Source: Octopus vulgaris
Lineage: Eukaryota
DNA length: 64,000 nt
Assembly: GCA_951406725.2 (NCBI GenBank)
Contig: OX597814.1
Span: forward strand, 79,484,001-79,548,000
Reading direction: 5' to 3'
Made by a program: the position numbers and the translations under genes. Below are positions 1 to 14,116 of the stretch, piece after piece (positions within the stretch are counted from its first letter, which is position 1; each line of letters opens with the position of its first letter). The notes under the pieces are model-generated. The model ran no database searches. It was given only the letters and a program-made list of their open reading frames with translations, and was not told where the DNA came from.

Positions 1-160
1 TAAGTCGATTACATCAATCCCAGTGTTTAATTGGTACTTAATTTATTGACCCCGAAAGGATGAAACGCAAAGTTAACCACGGCGGAATTTGAACTCAGAA
101 CGTAAAGACAGACGAAATACTGCTAAGCATTTCGCTTGGCATGCTAACGATTCTGCAATA
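1..160 (-). mobile_element. tRNA-derived SINE (family A, Meta-like central domain), partial
   Basis: Reverse complement matches the copies at 30574 and 58915 (gcagaatcgttagca...ctgagttcaaattccgcc...tttcatcctttcggggtcaataaattaagtacc). Confidence 0.8.
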
Positions 161-3100
161 ATAATAACATACACATGGTTTGTCTTGGTATAAAAGATGG
201 GCTATACCAAATATTCTGCTCAATACCACAGATTTGCTTGTCAGTTACTTAACATTAACAAGTTGAGCATGTCCCTTTATTTGCTGACGATATGTGCATC
301 TCTGATCACGACCAGAAGTAGTGTGGGAGCACCATAGCCACGTATTGAGAGAAATTCTTTGAAGCCTGAATAATTCATACCTGGAAACGTAGGCGTTTCG
401 TCCATCATCCGAAAACAAACCTTATTCAGGGACCATTTTAGTAGGATGGTCTCTCGACCTGAAGAATATTCTAACTGGGTCCTAGCTACAAGATCATGCG
501 CTGTTTATCTTAATATGAGATCACCTTATCGCACGCATATAGTTGTGATACATGTGCCTGGCGTATCCTTATCAGACGGGTAGCCATGATGGGTATATTG
601 AACTTCGTATATTTATACCCCACTGTCACTTTGATGATATGTGACTGCTCTCTCAATAGATATAATTTCAAAAATAAGCAGACACATTTAATTTGCACTT
701 TAAAAAGACAAAATGATAATAATTTTAAATGATAAGAAAATCATTAACCAGAGCGCCAGTACTACCATCAATCTATAACTACTCTCAACAGCAACAACAA
801 CAACAAACAAACAAACAAACAAAAGCATCAACAACATCATCATCAACAAAAACAACAATAGTAACAATTTATCTTTAGCTAAAGTTGCGAGACAAGGGAG
901 GTAACTGTTGTTTAAGACTGAACTTGAAGCAAGAAGGCAGACAAGGCTGGTGCACTACATGCTTACAAACAAGCTGATGCCGGAGTATTTAGATAAGAAG
1001 AATGTAAGTCTCACAGCTATAGATAATAATGACGATGTAAACCCTTCCAACCCTATTACCTTTGCGGCATCTTCTAATGGCAGCAAGGCTATCCCTTTAG
1101 TATACCCCATTGTGAAAGTAGAGACAAGATCAAGCAGACTGGCGGTGGAGGACAGAAAGCGTTATTGTTATATGTGGTGAGAGTTAAAACCATTTGACAG
1201 TCAAATGCTTGGAAGGATGGCAAAGACGATAGTGACAATAGATAGCAGTAACAACAGCAACAATACAGTACAGACGATTGGAAGTACAGACGATTGGAAG
1301 AAGTACTATGAGTGGTATTATAGCACCACCGGCCACTTCTTCGAGGTTAATCAAAGTAGAAACGAAATTAGCTCCTCTTCATCACTATTAATACCAGATG
1401 AAGACGATGTATGTGGGGTACCGTGAAATTGAAAGTGATCCCTTCCTTTACAGTACAAAGGCGGTTAAAAGATAAAGAGCAGCAAATCTGAATTTTGGCG
1501 ATATGGGTATGGAATCTGAAGAAACATAAAGAACTATATAGACTATCATAAAGAACTAACATAAAGAACTAAAGAGAACAGAAATTGAAGGAAGAGGCAA
1601 AAATAAAACAATGAAATTACAATTAAAAAACAACAGGATATGTTGACGAAGCTAAAATGACCCAAGGAATATTGTTCTGATTGGGGGACAAATTATGGAT
1701 TGAACACTTCAAATCCCAAAATGATAGTTGGCTGATGAAAATCACAATAACAACTTAGCAACGATTAATGAAGCAGTCCCCAGATGATATGAGAGACTTC
1801 GAGGTTCAGTGTAAATTCAGAAGACTCTAGTTTGTAGCTGTATGTGGACAAAAACTCGGGGCTGAACGGGATTGGAATTATGGATTCTTCACTGAATCTT
1901 ATACACAGTGTCTCTCACTTCTGCGTAAGTAGGAACTTTTTTTTTTGCTAGCTAAATTCCCTATATTGTATCACACTTTAAATTGTCCACTTATCTATTG
2001 ATATGTACATCCCATACGTTATTTTATGTTTAAGATCTTCTGAGCAATGAAGAAATAACTATGACTCTTTTTATTATAGTTTGAATCTTTTTTTAATCAT
2101 CATTCTCCTTAAAACGATTTTATGGCCATAATGGTAAAATGACAGTGAAATTGAAAGTAGCAGAATATTTAGTTTCACATCTCTACATTTTGAGTTCAAA
2201 TACTGTCAGAGTCGTCTCTTTCTTTCATAAGTACCAATTATGTACTGTTGTTCTTTTTGCCACTCTCTTTTCCCTACGCATTGTAGGAAAACCATTTTTT
2301 CATCCTCTATATATCAGTAAGGTGTCTTGCAGATTGAATGATTCCCAGATAGCTGATTCTAATGGTTAGCTGTCAGATGAGAAGATGCCTCTTGTTTAAC
2401 AGCATATATATTTGAGTATCCAAGGACTTCGATTTGTGCTTCGGTCATAGGCATTTAATTTGGTTCTTCCAGGTCGAAGATCTACCCAAACAAAACTGAC
2501 ATCAGCAACAATAAAAATGAACATTTACGTTATTCTTTATGAAAATCTCTAGAAATAGTAACGTCAATTCCATAAACTCTAGTATTAAAGTATCTTTATC
2601 TTTAATTAAAATTCTATTTGTGATCCAAATGGAAAACAATCTGGGGAATAGCAAAATGTAACCATTAAATGAAAAACTGGGACCGATTTGATCGATTTTA
2701 CACCATTAGAAACCATTATAAAGAAACTAACAAAAATCCATTATATTTTTTAAAATGTTGTCATTATATCCTAGTGGATCCCATTATCTCTGAAAACTGT
2801 GGATTGAAGTCGAAAAGAAGTATGAGGAACAATTATATTGAAATAGCGCAATGAGGAATCGAACCTGTATTTAGATTGTCTGAACATGACCGCAATTCTA
2901 CAGTTCTCGCACTACAGCCTGCTTATCTCTCCATAAATTGATTAATCATTGGTAACGTTAATTAGTAACAAGTAAATTTTAAAAATAAAAGCAATAAAAA
3001 TATCTGGTTTTAACTACTAAATTTTCCTGAAGTGGATTTCTTTTAATTATCGTGAAAAAAAGTTGTTTTTCTGATAAAAAAAACAACAAAAAAACAAAAC

Positions 3101-3915
3101 AAAAAACATTGCTTTGCTTCAAAATACACAATCAATAGAAAAGATCGAATGCAAAAAAATCGAAGTGAAATTGCCTTGTGGAGGATTATTGATTTTGTTC
3201 TGAATTTTGTTCTGAGTAATTTCCAAATAATAATTGACAGATTTCATCATTTCGAAATTCTCATGTCCTCCATCTTCGCTAATGTTGATTTGACTGAAGG
3301 GTCAGAAATTATAAAATGAATTAATACAAAAATAAATACAACAGAAGCAAAGATAAAAAAAGTAAATACAACAGAATAGAAGGAAGGACGAAAAAAAATA
3401 CAATATCAGGACAGAAGATTCTCAATTTTTAAAAACCCATTTTATTTTGCTGTCCTTTTATTTTTTTGAAATTCTCGATCAGAATTTGTCAACATTAATC
3501 TTCGGATGAAGAATTACGAATCCACTGAAATTATGGTTATTGTTAGAAAAAAATAAGGGAGCGAGGAGAAAGAACTGAGCACTAAGCTAAATTCTTTACA
3601 GTGTTTAATTCGCTCCTCTTAACTTCTGAGTTCAAATCCCGTCAGAGTCAACTTTGCTGGTCATGACTACAGGGTTGATAAAATAAGTATCAGCCATATT
3701 GAATTCAATTCTATTGACTAAAATCCCCCCTTAAAAGTTTCTGGCTTTAAGTCAGTGTAAGAAATCATATTTTTGTTAATAACAAAATGAATACTTAGCA
3801 AAATTTCTTAAGCAGTTCGGGTAAATGCTTTCGAACCCGCGAGCAATAAACTAGTTTTCTTTTAGTTATCTCGACAAAATATTTATGAATGAGAAAGGAA
3901 GGGGTGATGTCATAC

Positions 3916-3943
3916 TTGGTAGTGGGATGATGAAAATTGTACG
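3916..3943 (-). CDS. candidate 28-nt micro-exon
   Basis: Acceptor ttgatttattttttcag| and donor CAA|gtatga. Joined to the phase-2 exon at 29404-29456 it reads (S)VQFSSSHYQ without a stop. Splice-signal evidence only. Confidence 0.25.
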
Positions 3944-4270
3944 CTGAAAAAATAAATCAAACAACATTTCAAATGTGTGAAGGGGGGTATGTAAATGTGT
4001 GTGTGTGTGTGTGTGTGTATGTGTGTGCGCGTGCGCAAATGAAGTGGGATGGTTCATCTTTGTTCGCTTAGTATTTGGGTTTATATTTTGATTTGGTTGA
4101 ATCATGATTGGTTTTTTGTTGGTCAGTTACTTTTAGCGTTTTGACAGAAAAAAGTCATTCTAAAATTGTTTTTTAACATAAGCGTGCCCAAATAGTCGAA
4201 TGCTTACACAGAGTAGGTTTTACAGTCACATCATTCCAAACCGACTAGGTGAAACTGGGCTTAGCTGCTA

Positions 4271-4271
<1 letters not shown>

Positions 4272-4323
<52 letters not shown>

Positions 4324-4329
4324 TATATA
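4272..4329. repeat. (TA)n microsatellite
   Basis: Direct reading. Confidence 0.95.
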
Positions 4330-4415
4330 GAAGGTTGGAAAAGGAACACACGAGTTGATATATATGGAAAAAAGTCAAAGTAGAAAATACTAAAATAATT
4401 TTATAAAAAACATTT

Positions 4416-4450
4416 CAGTACCGGTTTCAGTCATTGAGACTTCTCAACTG
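4416..4450 (-). ncRNA. minimal type I hammerhead ribozyme motif, U3-A8 variant (Penelope-like element 3' remnant)
   Basis: Minus strand: cag-UUGAGAA-guc(ucaau)gac-u-GAAA-CCGG-UA-cug. Stem I cag/cug, stem II guc/gac, palindromic stem III ACCGGU, GUA cleavage triplet. Confidence 0.6.
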
Positions 4451-4716
4451 TAAGTATGGAAAACAAGTAAATTTTGGAAAAATTAAAAGGAAAGTTTTTT
4501 TAAAGAATATTTGCATAGTATTCAAATACGAGGGGAATTTTCCTTGTTTCTGCTTGTCTCTGTCTCTTTTGTTTACTCTTGTGGGTTCGAGGTCGTTGTG
4601 AAGTCTTGGCAGGGAAGAAGAAGAAAAAGAAGAAGGAGAAAAAGAAGAAGGAGAAAAAGAAGAAGGCGGAGGTGGAGGAGGAGGCGGAGGAGGAAGAAAA
4701 GAAGAAGAAAGCGGGA

Positions 4717-5293
4717 GTGTCATGATAGTAGTAGCATGTTAAATGGTCAAGTGCCCTGAAAGTGACTTGTTGTGGATGGTGGTAGTGATTGAATTCTCGA
4801 GACATCTCTTTTATTGTTTATAAAATTTGCGTGGGTGTTATTCTAAACAGAAATAGTAGTAAAATTAGGAAGGAGGTGGCGGAGAGGAAGAAGACGAAGA
4901 AGCGGAAGGAGAAAGAGAAGAGAGAATAATAACGGAATGCTGGTGGTATGATAGTAGTAGGATGTTTAATGGTCAAGTGACCTTAAAAGTAACTCGTTAT
5001 GGATTATAACTGTGATTGGGACTGTTTTTTAATGAATTCTTGGGAATCTCTTGAGTGTATCATTCTTAATATTTGCGTGTGCGTTCGTGTTATTCTAAGG
5101 CCATGGTAGATATGTCGTTTGTTGTAGATGTGTTTAAAAGGGGTCGTCTTCTTCCTCTTCGCCACCCCTTCCCAACTTTACTACTATTGCTGTTTAGAAT
5201 AACACATACGAAAATTTTATAAACAATGCATTCAAAAGAGATGGCTCAAGAATACAGTCACTACTGCCAACCACAACAAGTCACTTTCATAGA
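4717..5293. repeat. local triplication: two direct copies and one inverted copy of a ~150-bp segment
   Basis: ~4750-4897 matches the reverse complement of ~5143-5293 (gaaagtgacttgttgtgg...gtgttattctaaacag..atagtagtaaa...gaggaagaagacga). A more diverged direct copy lies at ~4947-5100. Confidence 0.85.
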
Positions 5294-5400
5294 CACGCAT
5301 ACACACCACATACAAACATATGCACACATAAATACAGGTTGGCATACAATCATATATAATATAGAAACAATATACATTAATATAAATATACATACATACA

Positions 5401-5453
<53 letters not shown>

Positions 5454-6468
5454 GTGTTTATGCACATACTAATGTGTTGTTTTATAGATCTATATATATA
5501 TATATATAATACATACACACAGGAGACAAAGAAAGCAAAGAGAGTGAGATGCAAGAAGAGAGAGCAGAGAGAGGAAGTGGAGAGAGAAAGAAGAAAGTTT
5601 CATCGACTTTCTCTGAAAATGTATCAAAATATTTCTCTGAGTTTTATTGTTGAGAATAGTTGAAAAGTATATTCCCTTCTTCCGAAACGAGTTCTTGAAA
5701 GAATGATATGTTACACTCTATTATGTCTTAGAAATCAGCAATTGTATTTCGAATTTTATGACTTGGTAAAAACACATTGGGCAGGTTTTTTGCTAGTTCT
5801 GGAGTTAATTGGAAAGAGCTGATTTCGCCGAGTCGTTTGAGTGTGGACTGTTTTGTAGCATTAGTTCCGCTCCTCGTGCTCTAATTTCAAATCTAGCCGA
5901 TACAAAATTTGCATTAAATCATTTTAGGCTTTATAAGTAACATACCTGTTAAATACTGTGATCGATTTTTGGATTGTCTATGGCTGGAAAAAAGGTACTT
6001 GTATTAAAAGTAAAAACGAGAGAAAAAGAAAATCCAAATGGATAATATGTGAAACCACGTGTAAACTTTACGATAAGCATAAAATGCTTGCCAAGGAAAA
6101 GTATCAGGAAGTCATTCGTCGACCTGATGACGCAAGGAGGAGATAGAGGAGAAGGAAATCATTTGTCTGTGGAGCTGTTGTTATAATTATTATTTAGCCG
6201 GAATTCCAAGCTGATTGAGTAGTAGAATAAAATCAAAAGTGTCCTATGATTGATCATCTCAACTTTCCACTTCGGTCACAGTGTTGTCTACGTCTACATC
6301 ATATAATCTATTCCTGTTTCTTCATATATATATATATATATATATAAATAAACTGTAAATTAAAGTATTGGTTAAAAGAAGGCAGGCTACAATCTTTGTT
6401 GACTCGTCAGCTGAGCAGTAAATCGTTAGCCAATAGGCATGTTGCAATGAATTTAGTTGCTGCTGTGG

Positions 6469-6627
<159 letters not shown>

Positions 6628-6949
6628 TTTTTTTGTAAATAAGAGGTTCAAAGGAAACAGCAGCAACAATAAAATGGTCGAGAGCCTCCACATAAGCAAA
6701 TGACCGGCTAAACATAGCCAGACCTCATTCAAATCCCACCCAGCCATCTTTTTTATATTTTCAAAAACGAAGTAGTTCTAGATACATAAACTGACGGGAT
6801 GGCCACGACTGATAAACATTTCTCTTCAGATCCACTCAATTAGGAAAGAAGTGGTCGAGCAACAAATGCAAGACAACGAAGGACTTTAATATGTGCAAGT
6901 GACCTGCTGGAATCAGCAGTCAAATTTCTTTCAAAACCATACTCTATCA

Positions 6950-7186
6950 CAACCTTTGTTACTAATACACCAGAGACTGCTCTTGGTTCATAGAACCATA
7001 GATACAAAATTCTTATTTTAAAATGTTCTATATCAATAACTTCTGTCAATATTTCATGCAATTTTACGTCCCATGTATAAGCTTATTAATGACAAAGTTA
7101 TTTTATTAAATTCTTCTTTATTACATTCTAATTAGTTGAAATAAAAACAGTATATATCAACAGAAATAAGAGTAGCGAAAAGGTTT
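6950..7186. mobile_element. decayed MITE, piggyBac-like termini
   Basis: Imperfect terminal inverted repeats aacctttgttact ... agtagcgaaaaggtt around a non-coding AT-rich interior. Confidence 0.45.
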
Positions 7187-7191
7187 AAAAA

Positions 7192-7235
7192 ACTGAATGG
7201 AGTGTAATATCGTGAGATATTACACTCCATTCAGT
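7192..7235. repeat. perfect 20-bp inverted repeat with 4-nt loop
   Basis: actgaatggagtgtaatatc-gtga-gatattacactccattcagt. Confidence 0.95.
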
Positions 7236-7479
7236 AGTCTGCTGGGTGTAGTCTGATATGTTACTGAACGAGAATAAACATCATCCTACCAGCATGAGCA
7301 GGAATAATATTCCTGTTCAACACAGCCACAAGAACAAGATGTCCAATATAGCCCAAAATTTCATTGGAAAATATTTCTACTCCAATAAATTGACCAGCAG
7401 AAACGGAGGTTTAGAGATGCATGGATCAATGCATGTGCATGATTCATATATATATGTGAATATATGTATATATAAACCT

Positions 7480-7522
<43 letters not shown>

Positions 7523-7561
7523 CACACACTTATATATACCTACATATATACCGACATATAT

Positions 7562-7596
<35 letters not shown>

Positions 7597-7916
7597 CATA
7601 TATATACCTATACAAACATACAAACATACATAAATACATACATATATGTGTGTGTGTTTGTGTGTAATACATGTACGTGAACGCATATATATAAATACAT
7701 ATGTTTGTATCTAAGAGTGTGTCTCTGTGTGTGCATGTGGTTGTTTGTCCTATGCTTTCGTATCTAAAAGCATCGAAAATGGACCCTGAAGAACGTAGCT
7801 TTACTTCTGTATCTAGCATAATAAAAGTAGAAATACTAGACGTGCATATTATTAAATTTTGACACGTATGCGCGTCTATGGCTATCTATCCTCCTATCAA
7901 TCTATCTATCTATCTG

Positions 7917-7999
<83 letters not shown>

Positions 8000-8722
8000 G
8001 TCTATCTGTCTATCTATCTACATACACGTACACAAACAATCCACAAATATATAGCAAGATATATAAATAGATAGATTGGCGAATATATAGATCAATTCAT
8101 ACATGTATACAATCGAATAATCTGTAAGGGGGATTAGGGAACTTCGGGGTATTTTCGATCAATATGTAATATATTTCGGGATTTTATATCAATTTTGTAC
8201 GATATAAAGAAAGAATTAAAGAACTACATAGCGAAGGAGAAATAAAATTTTATTATCAACAAATCTCTAATAAATCTTATTATCATCATTGTAAATACGA
8301 CTCAATAATAATAGTAATGTGTGTGTACGTGTGTATGTATGTGTGTGTATGTGTGTGTGTACGTGTATATACATACATATATAATAAATAACATGTATAA
8401 GTAATATGTATATGTATATATACACATTATACATGTATATATGTATATGTAAGTATATATAAATATTTTTATTCGTTTTTATACACAAATGTCTTGTAGA
8501 TTCATATACATGAGTATGTATATATATATATATATTATATAATAATAATATATATATATATATATATATAAGTACACATTATATAAATACATACACACAC
8601 ACACACATACATACACACATATAGGAACATACATATATAGATTTTTACATGTTTATTTATATATACATATTAAATTACATATACATATATATACGAGTCA
8701 AAACAACTCTTAACCACGTGTG

Positions 8723-8768
<46 letters not shown>

Positions 8769-9561
8769 TGATTACATACATCCATACATACAATTTTCTA
8801 TATGTTTCTAATGACAGGAGTGTAGATGTATTTTGTACACAAAAATTATTATTTTTACTTATGCTCTTTTGGAAAGGTTATTCGTTATCCACTGTTTTGG
8901 CTAAAAACTTCAAACGCACTTCAGAATTTAATAATCGAGGGACACGGCATCAAACATGTCGATTACGACAGTAAACTATACACATGCGGTCACATTTACA
9001 TTCACACACACTCACATACACTCATACACTCTCATACTAACACACCAAAACATACTGCAATCGCAGTGTATATACATACATACATGAATATATATATATA
9101 TATACATATACATATACATATATATGTATGTATATATATTTACATGTGTATTTATGTATGTATGTTTGTATGTGCAGAATCATTCATATTGGTGTCAGAA
9201 TTATTATTAAAATTGGGAATATTAATAAAGTCTTAGGTGACTTAAAACATTTATTGTTTGGGGAATGGAGAAAAAACACTGTTGAGAAAGCAAATTTGCT
9301 TTGCTTCATCTTTGTTTGAGAAAAGTAATTGGTGTTTAACGCTGGTAGAATTGAAATGCATTATGCGTGTATAGACCAACAACCCCATACACGTCACATA
9401 CATACATATACAATGCAAACACACATATATCTGTGTGTGCGTTTGTGTGCATATTCAGTGAGACTCCCAAAAAGGTTATATATATATATATATATATATA
9501 TATGTAAATACATATATATGCATATATGATATATATATATTAACACATATATTTATGTATG

Positions 9562-9601
<40 letters not shown>

Positions 9602-9731
9602 TATATATATATAAATATGCACATAGATGTATATATGCACATATATATATTTCTTTATCTATCTATCTGTCTATCTTTATATGTATATATGTACGAATAT
9701 ATGTACATATATACACACACAGACATACGCA

Positions 9732-9781
<50 letters not shown>

Positions 9782-9892
9782 ACTTGGTACACATACAAGA
9801 CTTCCTACTCGACGTTGCCGGGCAAATATTGCACTGATTTTTTTGCTTGTTTGCTGAATGAGAATTAAGGTACTTATGCACACACCCGCGCG

Positions 9893-9951
<59 letters not shown>

Positions 9952-11601
9952 ATGCACACACACACACACATACACATGCACACACACATACACACACATA
10001 CACACACACATATATGTATATAAAATCTAACTTCTGGACACTTTAATTAGAACTATCCCATGTATAAGTGCATTCATATTCACAATTTTCTTCATACATT
10101 TGTCTGAAAGAGTATTGATAATGCTTTCCATGGTAAAGAAGAAAGACAAGTGTACCCCTTGGTTGTCTAAAGGGGAAACCTTTTTATGACAACTTTTCTA
10201 GTCGACCTGACCTACTTCAAGACTACTTCTTCAAGACTATTTTCATTCCTTATTCCCCGGCTTAAAGCCTCATACAACCTGTCATGCTGGAAAACTGGTT
10301 TCTCAAGATAAATTACGATATTGTACCTGATCTGTCCTTCTACTATATATATTGTCGCTTCAAAATAGAACTGTATCGAGAACTGGGTCTGCTGAACAGG
10401 TATATTTTTACTTTCTGATGTATTAGGCTTAATTCTAGGAATCATGACAATGCTATTTTCTGACTGCACCAACAATGATCTTTGCTTTGATTAGATTCTC
10501 GTGCATTTCTATACGAACATCCATGTTCCACTACAAAGTCCAGGAGGATCTACGTTTCTGTTATTTGTTCTTTGTCTCACTTCCTGGAGATGTGCACTAA
10601 TATCCACTTCAATCTCTCCTTTATTTCTTGACTCTGTTATCCTGGAGTCTTGCTTCCGTCATCTCAACATGTCATCTCTTGTCTTCCCTCTTGCGTTTGC
10701 CGCTGTTTGGCATCGTATCTTGACCCTAGTGATCACCTTCTCTTTCTACATGATATAATCAGTCATCGTGTATTTGTGTATGTAATAATGTGTAAGGGAA
10801 GTCAAAACAAATCAAGATTCATCATAGTCGTAATAATGAAATATAAATCATTTCAAACATTGGAACAAGGCCAGAAACTTTTGGGTAATGGGCAGTAGAT
10901 TATATCAATCAAAGTACTTGATTTTATTAACCCCTGAAAGGATGAAAAACAAAATTGGTCTCGGTAGAATGTTAACTCAAGATGTAAAAAGGCAGAACTG
11001 CTCTATGGATTCTATTTATAGGTCTGGTTATAATGATAACGATAACTTTTAACATAGGTACAGATCCAGAAATGTTTGGAGAAAGGAAAGAATGATAATA
11101 CCAACTGGTAGCTTTATTGTATTATCCCTAAAGTTTGAGCTCGATGAAATTTGAACTCAGCACGTAAAGAGCTAAAAAATATATTAAAAACCATTTTATT
11201 CAAAACCCCAACGAATCTCCCAATTTACTGTCTTTACGAGGCTAATAATTATTGTTTTTAACCATGCAGATTCGTACAGCCATCCCTATCGTGTACACTT
11301 ATTCAATGAACCTTAAAAAAAAAAGAAAAAGACATAACTGGAATTTAACAAGAGGCAGAACGGTTATTTATTCAGAAATGGATCACTTTCGGTGCATTGA
11401 AAGACATGCAAAGCACTGCAATTCCGAAGCAACTATAAATGTAAACACTTCCTGTAGAACGTGTATTGTTAATGATTTATAAAGCTATAGTGTTACTTTG
11501 ATCAAGAAAGTCTGACTGTTATGTATTTTCTTATGTACTCTGTGCCGTCACGATTTCGTTTTTGATGTTTATATTTCTCAATCAATTTTGACTTTTCTTA
11601 C

Positions 11602-11837
11602 AAATTCGAGAGAATTGGAAGAGTGATTTGTTGTTGTTGTTGCTGTTGTTGTTGTTGTTGTTGTTGCTGTTGTTGTTGTTGCTGTTGTTGCTGTTGTTGT
11701 TGTTACTGATGTTGCCGATGAAGATAGTTTATTGGTAAATCCACAATCCGCTGATTCACCATTGGGCATACGTTATATATCCATTCTTCAGTGCAGTGAC
11801 GATTTCATGAAAGTATATAAGATTAACAAAAATTTCT
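11602..11837 (-). other. candidate exon with internal ATG (MPNGESADCGFTNKLSS...poly-Thr...NSLEF)
   Basis: Acceptor ctttattgtctcctctgtttcag| at 11838 and donor TTT|gtaaga at 11601. 56 codons run from the ATG at 11769 to the donor (phase 0). Confidence 0.25.
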
Positions 11838-12829
11838 CTGAAACAGAGGAGACAATAAAGTAATTTTTCACTTCCTCCTCACTTCGAAACAAAAGAATTC
11901 TATTTATCCTTCCTCGCCTAAGGAGGAATCAAAAGCCCACCACCCACCACACTCTCCAGACACTTCCCACTTTGCACCTGTAAAAGGGTTTTCTACCCTG
12001 TCCCTCTTTTCTTCTATACACTTGCAGATGATTTTACTTCTCAAGGAACGATTAATATACCACAAATACTGTTCAGACATATATCTCTCATCAGTTATCT
12101 CTCATCAGTTATCTCTCATCAATCTCTGTGTGGTGCCTTTGCTAACGTAGAACCCACTTTCCTTACAACTCATCCCACTCATCTGGATTATCAACAACAA
12201 AGACTTCCTGTCAATCTGTCTTGAAAGCTTCCTTTCCCTCTTCCTCTAAATTCTTGTCCTGCCTCTATCAACTACCAATAGCTATTTACTTATCTATTAT
12301 CTATCTAGAAATTTCTCCGCACTTGCCATGTACTTCAGCTTGTTGTTTAGCCCTAGGTTAGCCCTGATGGCGTAAATCTATGATTAAAGCCATTCTAGTT
12401 GTGATTGTTATTTTTCATCAGGCAGTGTTTACTTTTCTTTCAATGTGTGCATTTTTCATTACAGGGGGATGCAATTTGAGGGACAGTTGGCTGGTATAAC
12501 TATTAAGTCAAACCACCACAAGTGGTTTCTTAGTCGGCCTGTTTATCTGAAGATTTTGTTTAATTCTAGGTAAAACTTTGGCCGTGCAATTCTATGCTGA
12601 AATGTGTTCCAGCTGTGTCCATATAGTCTTTTTATATATTAGGGTCTATATTGTTCAATGTGTCTTTTATCAAAACAGTAGGATGCATATGAAGGAATTT
12701 AGGTGCTATATCTTGCTTCTTGAATGACTGCATAGAGAATTTTTCTTTGGCGCAACGACCAAAAGTTAAAATTCTCAAGAATTTCAAATGGTCTTGGTTC
12801 TTGAATTCCTTTCATATCGAGACTACTGT

Positions 12830-13400
12830 TTCTGAGATTCAATTGGATGCTAATCTGAACTGTCTGCACCAGTTAGTATTTTCATTCCCCCACATATTTG
12901 ACCGACGTATCATTTCTCCAAACATGTTCACTTACATTATGATCTTCAAAACTCAACTTTTATCCAACTATTTCTGTCACGGAAACCATAAGACCATCTG
13001 AACATTACCTAATTTGATAAAATACCCCAACATCTTCCTTCTGCACAGCGACCCTGCATTCTCTGGTACTTATGACTTTTTCTAGTTCTAGTTGGACTAT
13101 CATTTGCATCAAAATTGTTTCACTTCTGAAGCCATCCTTGAGGCAATCATCTCTCTATAGTTCTCAAACCATTTTCTCCTTTCTCAATTCGAAATTACAG
13201 TTCAGTTCTTCAGGCAGAGGTTGTAGCCTACAACTACCGGAAGAAGTAACCATGTCCACTCATTCAAAAGTATTCCTTCACAAATGAAACAGCCATCAGA
13301 GAGAGCTTACTCAAAGCCACACTGAATGTGCCATAAGTTGCAGAGATGTCACCAACATTCACACTTTTGTATTATCTATTTCAGTCACATTTAACCAGTT
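12830..13400 (-). mobile_element. highly decayed LINE fragment (RTE-like)
   Basis: Minus strand encodes LWKEYFE near 13260-13285, resembling the RTE ORF2 linker motif RWKEYF. Many stops. Confidence 0.35.
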
Positions 13401-13411
13401 GTCTAGCAGTG

Positions 13412-13443
<32 letters not shown>

Positions 13444-13496
13444 CATACATACATACATACATACATACATACATACATACATACATACATACATAC

Positions 13497-14048
13497 ATGG
13501 TGGCTGCCCCCTCGTTATCGAATATGGCCATTGCACGAAGCTTAATCAATGTTGTTATCGTGCAATGCCTGTGCAAGAAGATTTTTTTAAGTGAGGAAAA
13601 GCTGTGCACTGAGTCGATCCCACTCATTAAGCAACAGCAGCCATAATCCGAAAGGAAGTACAATTCAACATCATCGGTAACCACTGAGCCGCAGGTTTTA
13701 TGTCGGAGTTATCCCAGTTACCTGAGTTACCTTCTAGAATGATGCCCTAATAAAGGCTAGGAGTCCTTCACTCCCAATGGTTTAATCGCGCGATCGGGTA
13801 TTCAATCCAATTATTTCTATGTCCCCGCGCATGATACAGCTTAAGACATTTATTGGATGGCCGTTGACTCTCAAGAGTTCCTCAACCCTTTGCCGGGTTT
13901 TGTTTTTCATCCCGCAGGGTGTCCAATAAACACTCTCCTCACCAAGCAAGCTTGGTGGGGTTGCCGGTTTAGTCGCCGATGACCCGACCATGCAATAGGT
14001 TGTACTGGGTTACATCTTACCAGTAGCACTCGAAAGGGACCTGACATA
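13497..14048 (+). mobile_element. non-coding element inserted in (CATA)n, structured 5' end
   Basis: Bounded on both sides by (CATA)n. Its first ~45 nt (ggctgccccctcgttatcga.tatggccattgcacgaagcttaa) recur at ~55025, also just after (CATA)n. 10-bp stem cattgcacga/tcgtgcaatg. Confidence 0.65.
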
Positions 14049-14116
14049 ACATACATACATACATACATACATACATACATACATACATACATACATGCAT
14101 GCATACATACATACAT

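Noticed and set aside
908-1426. Two short plus-strand ORFs
   Set aside because: No motifs. Probably decayed repeat sequence that I cannot classify.
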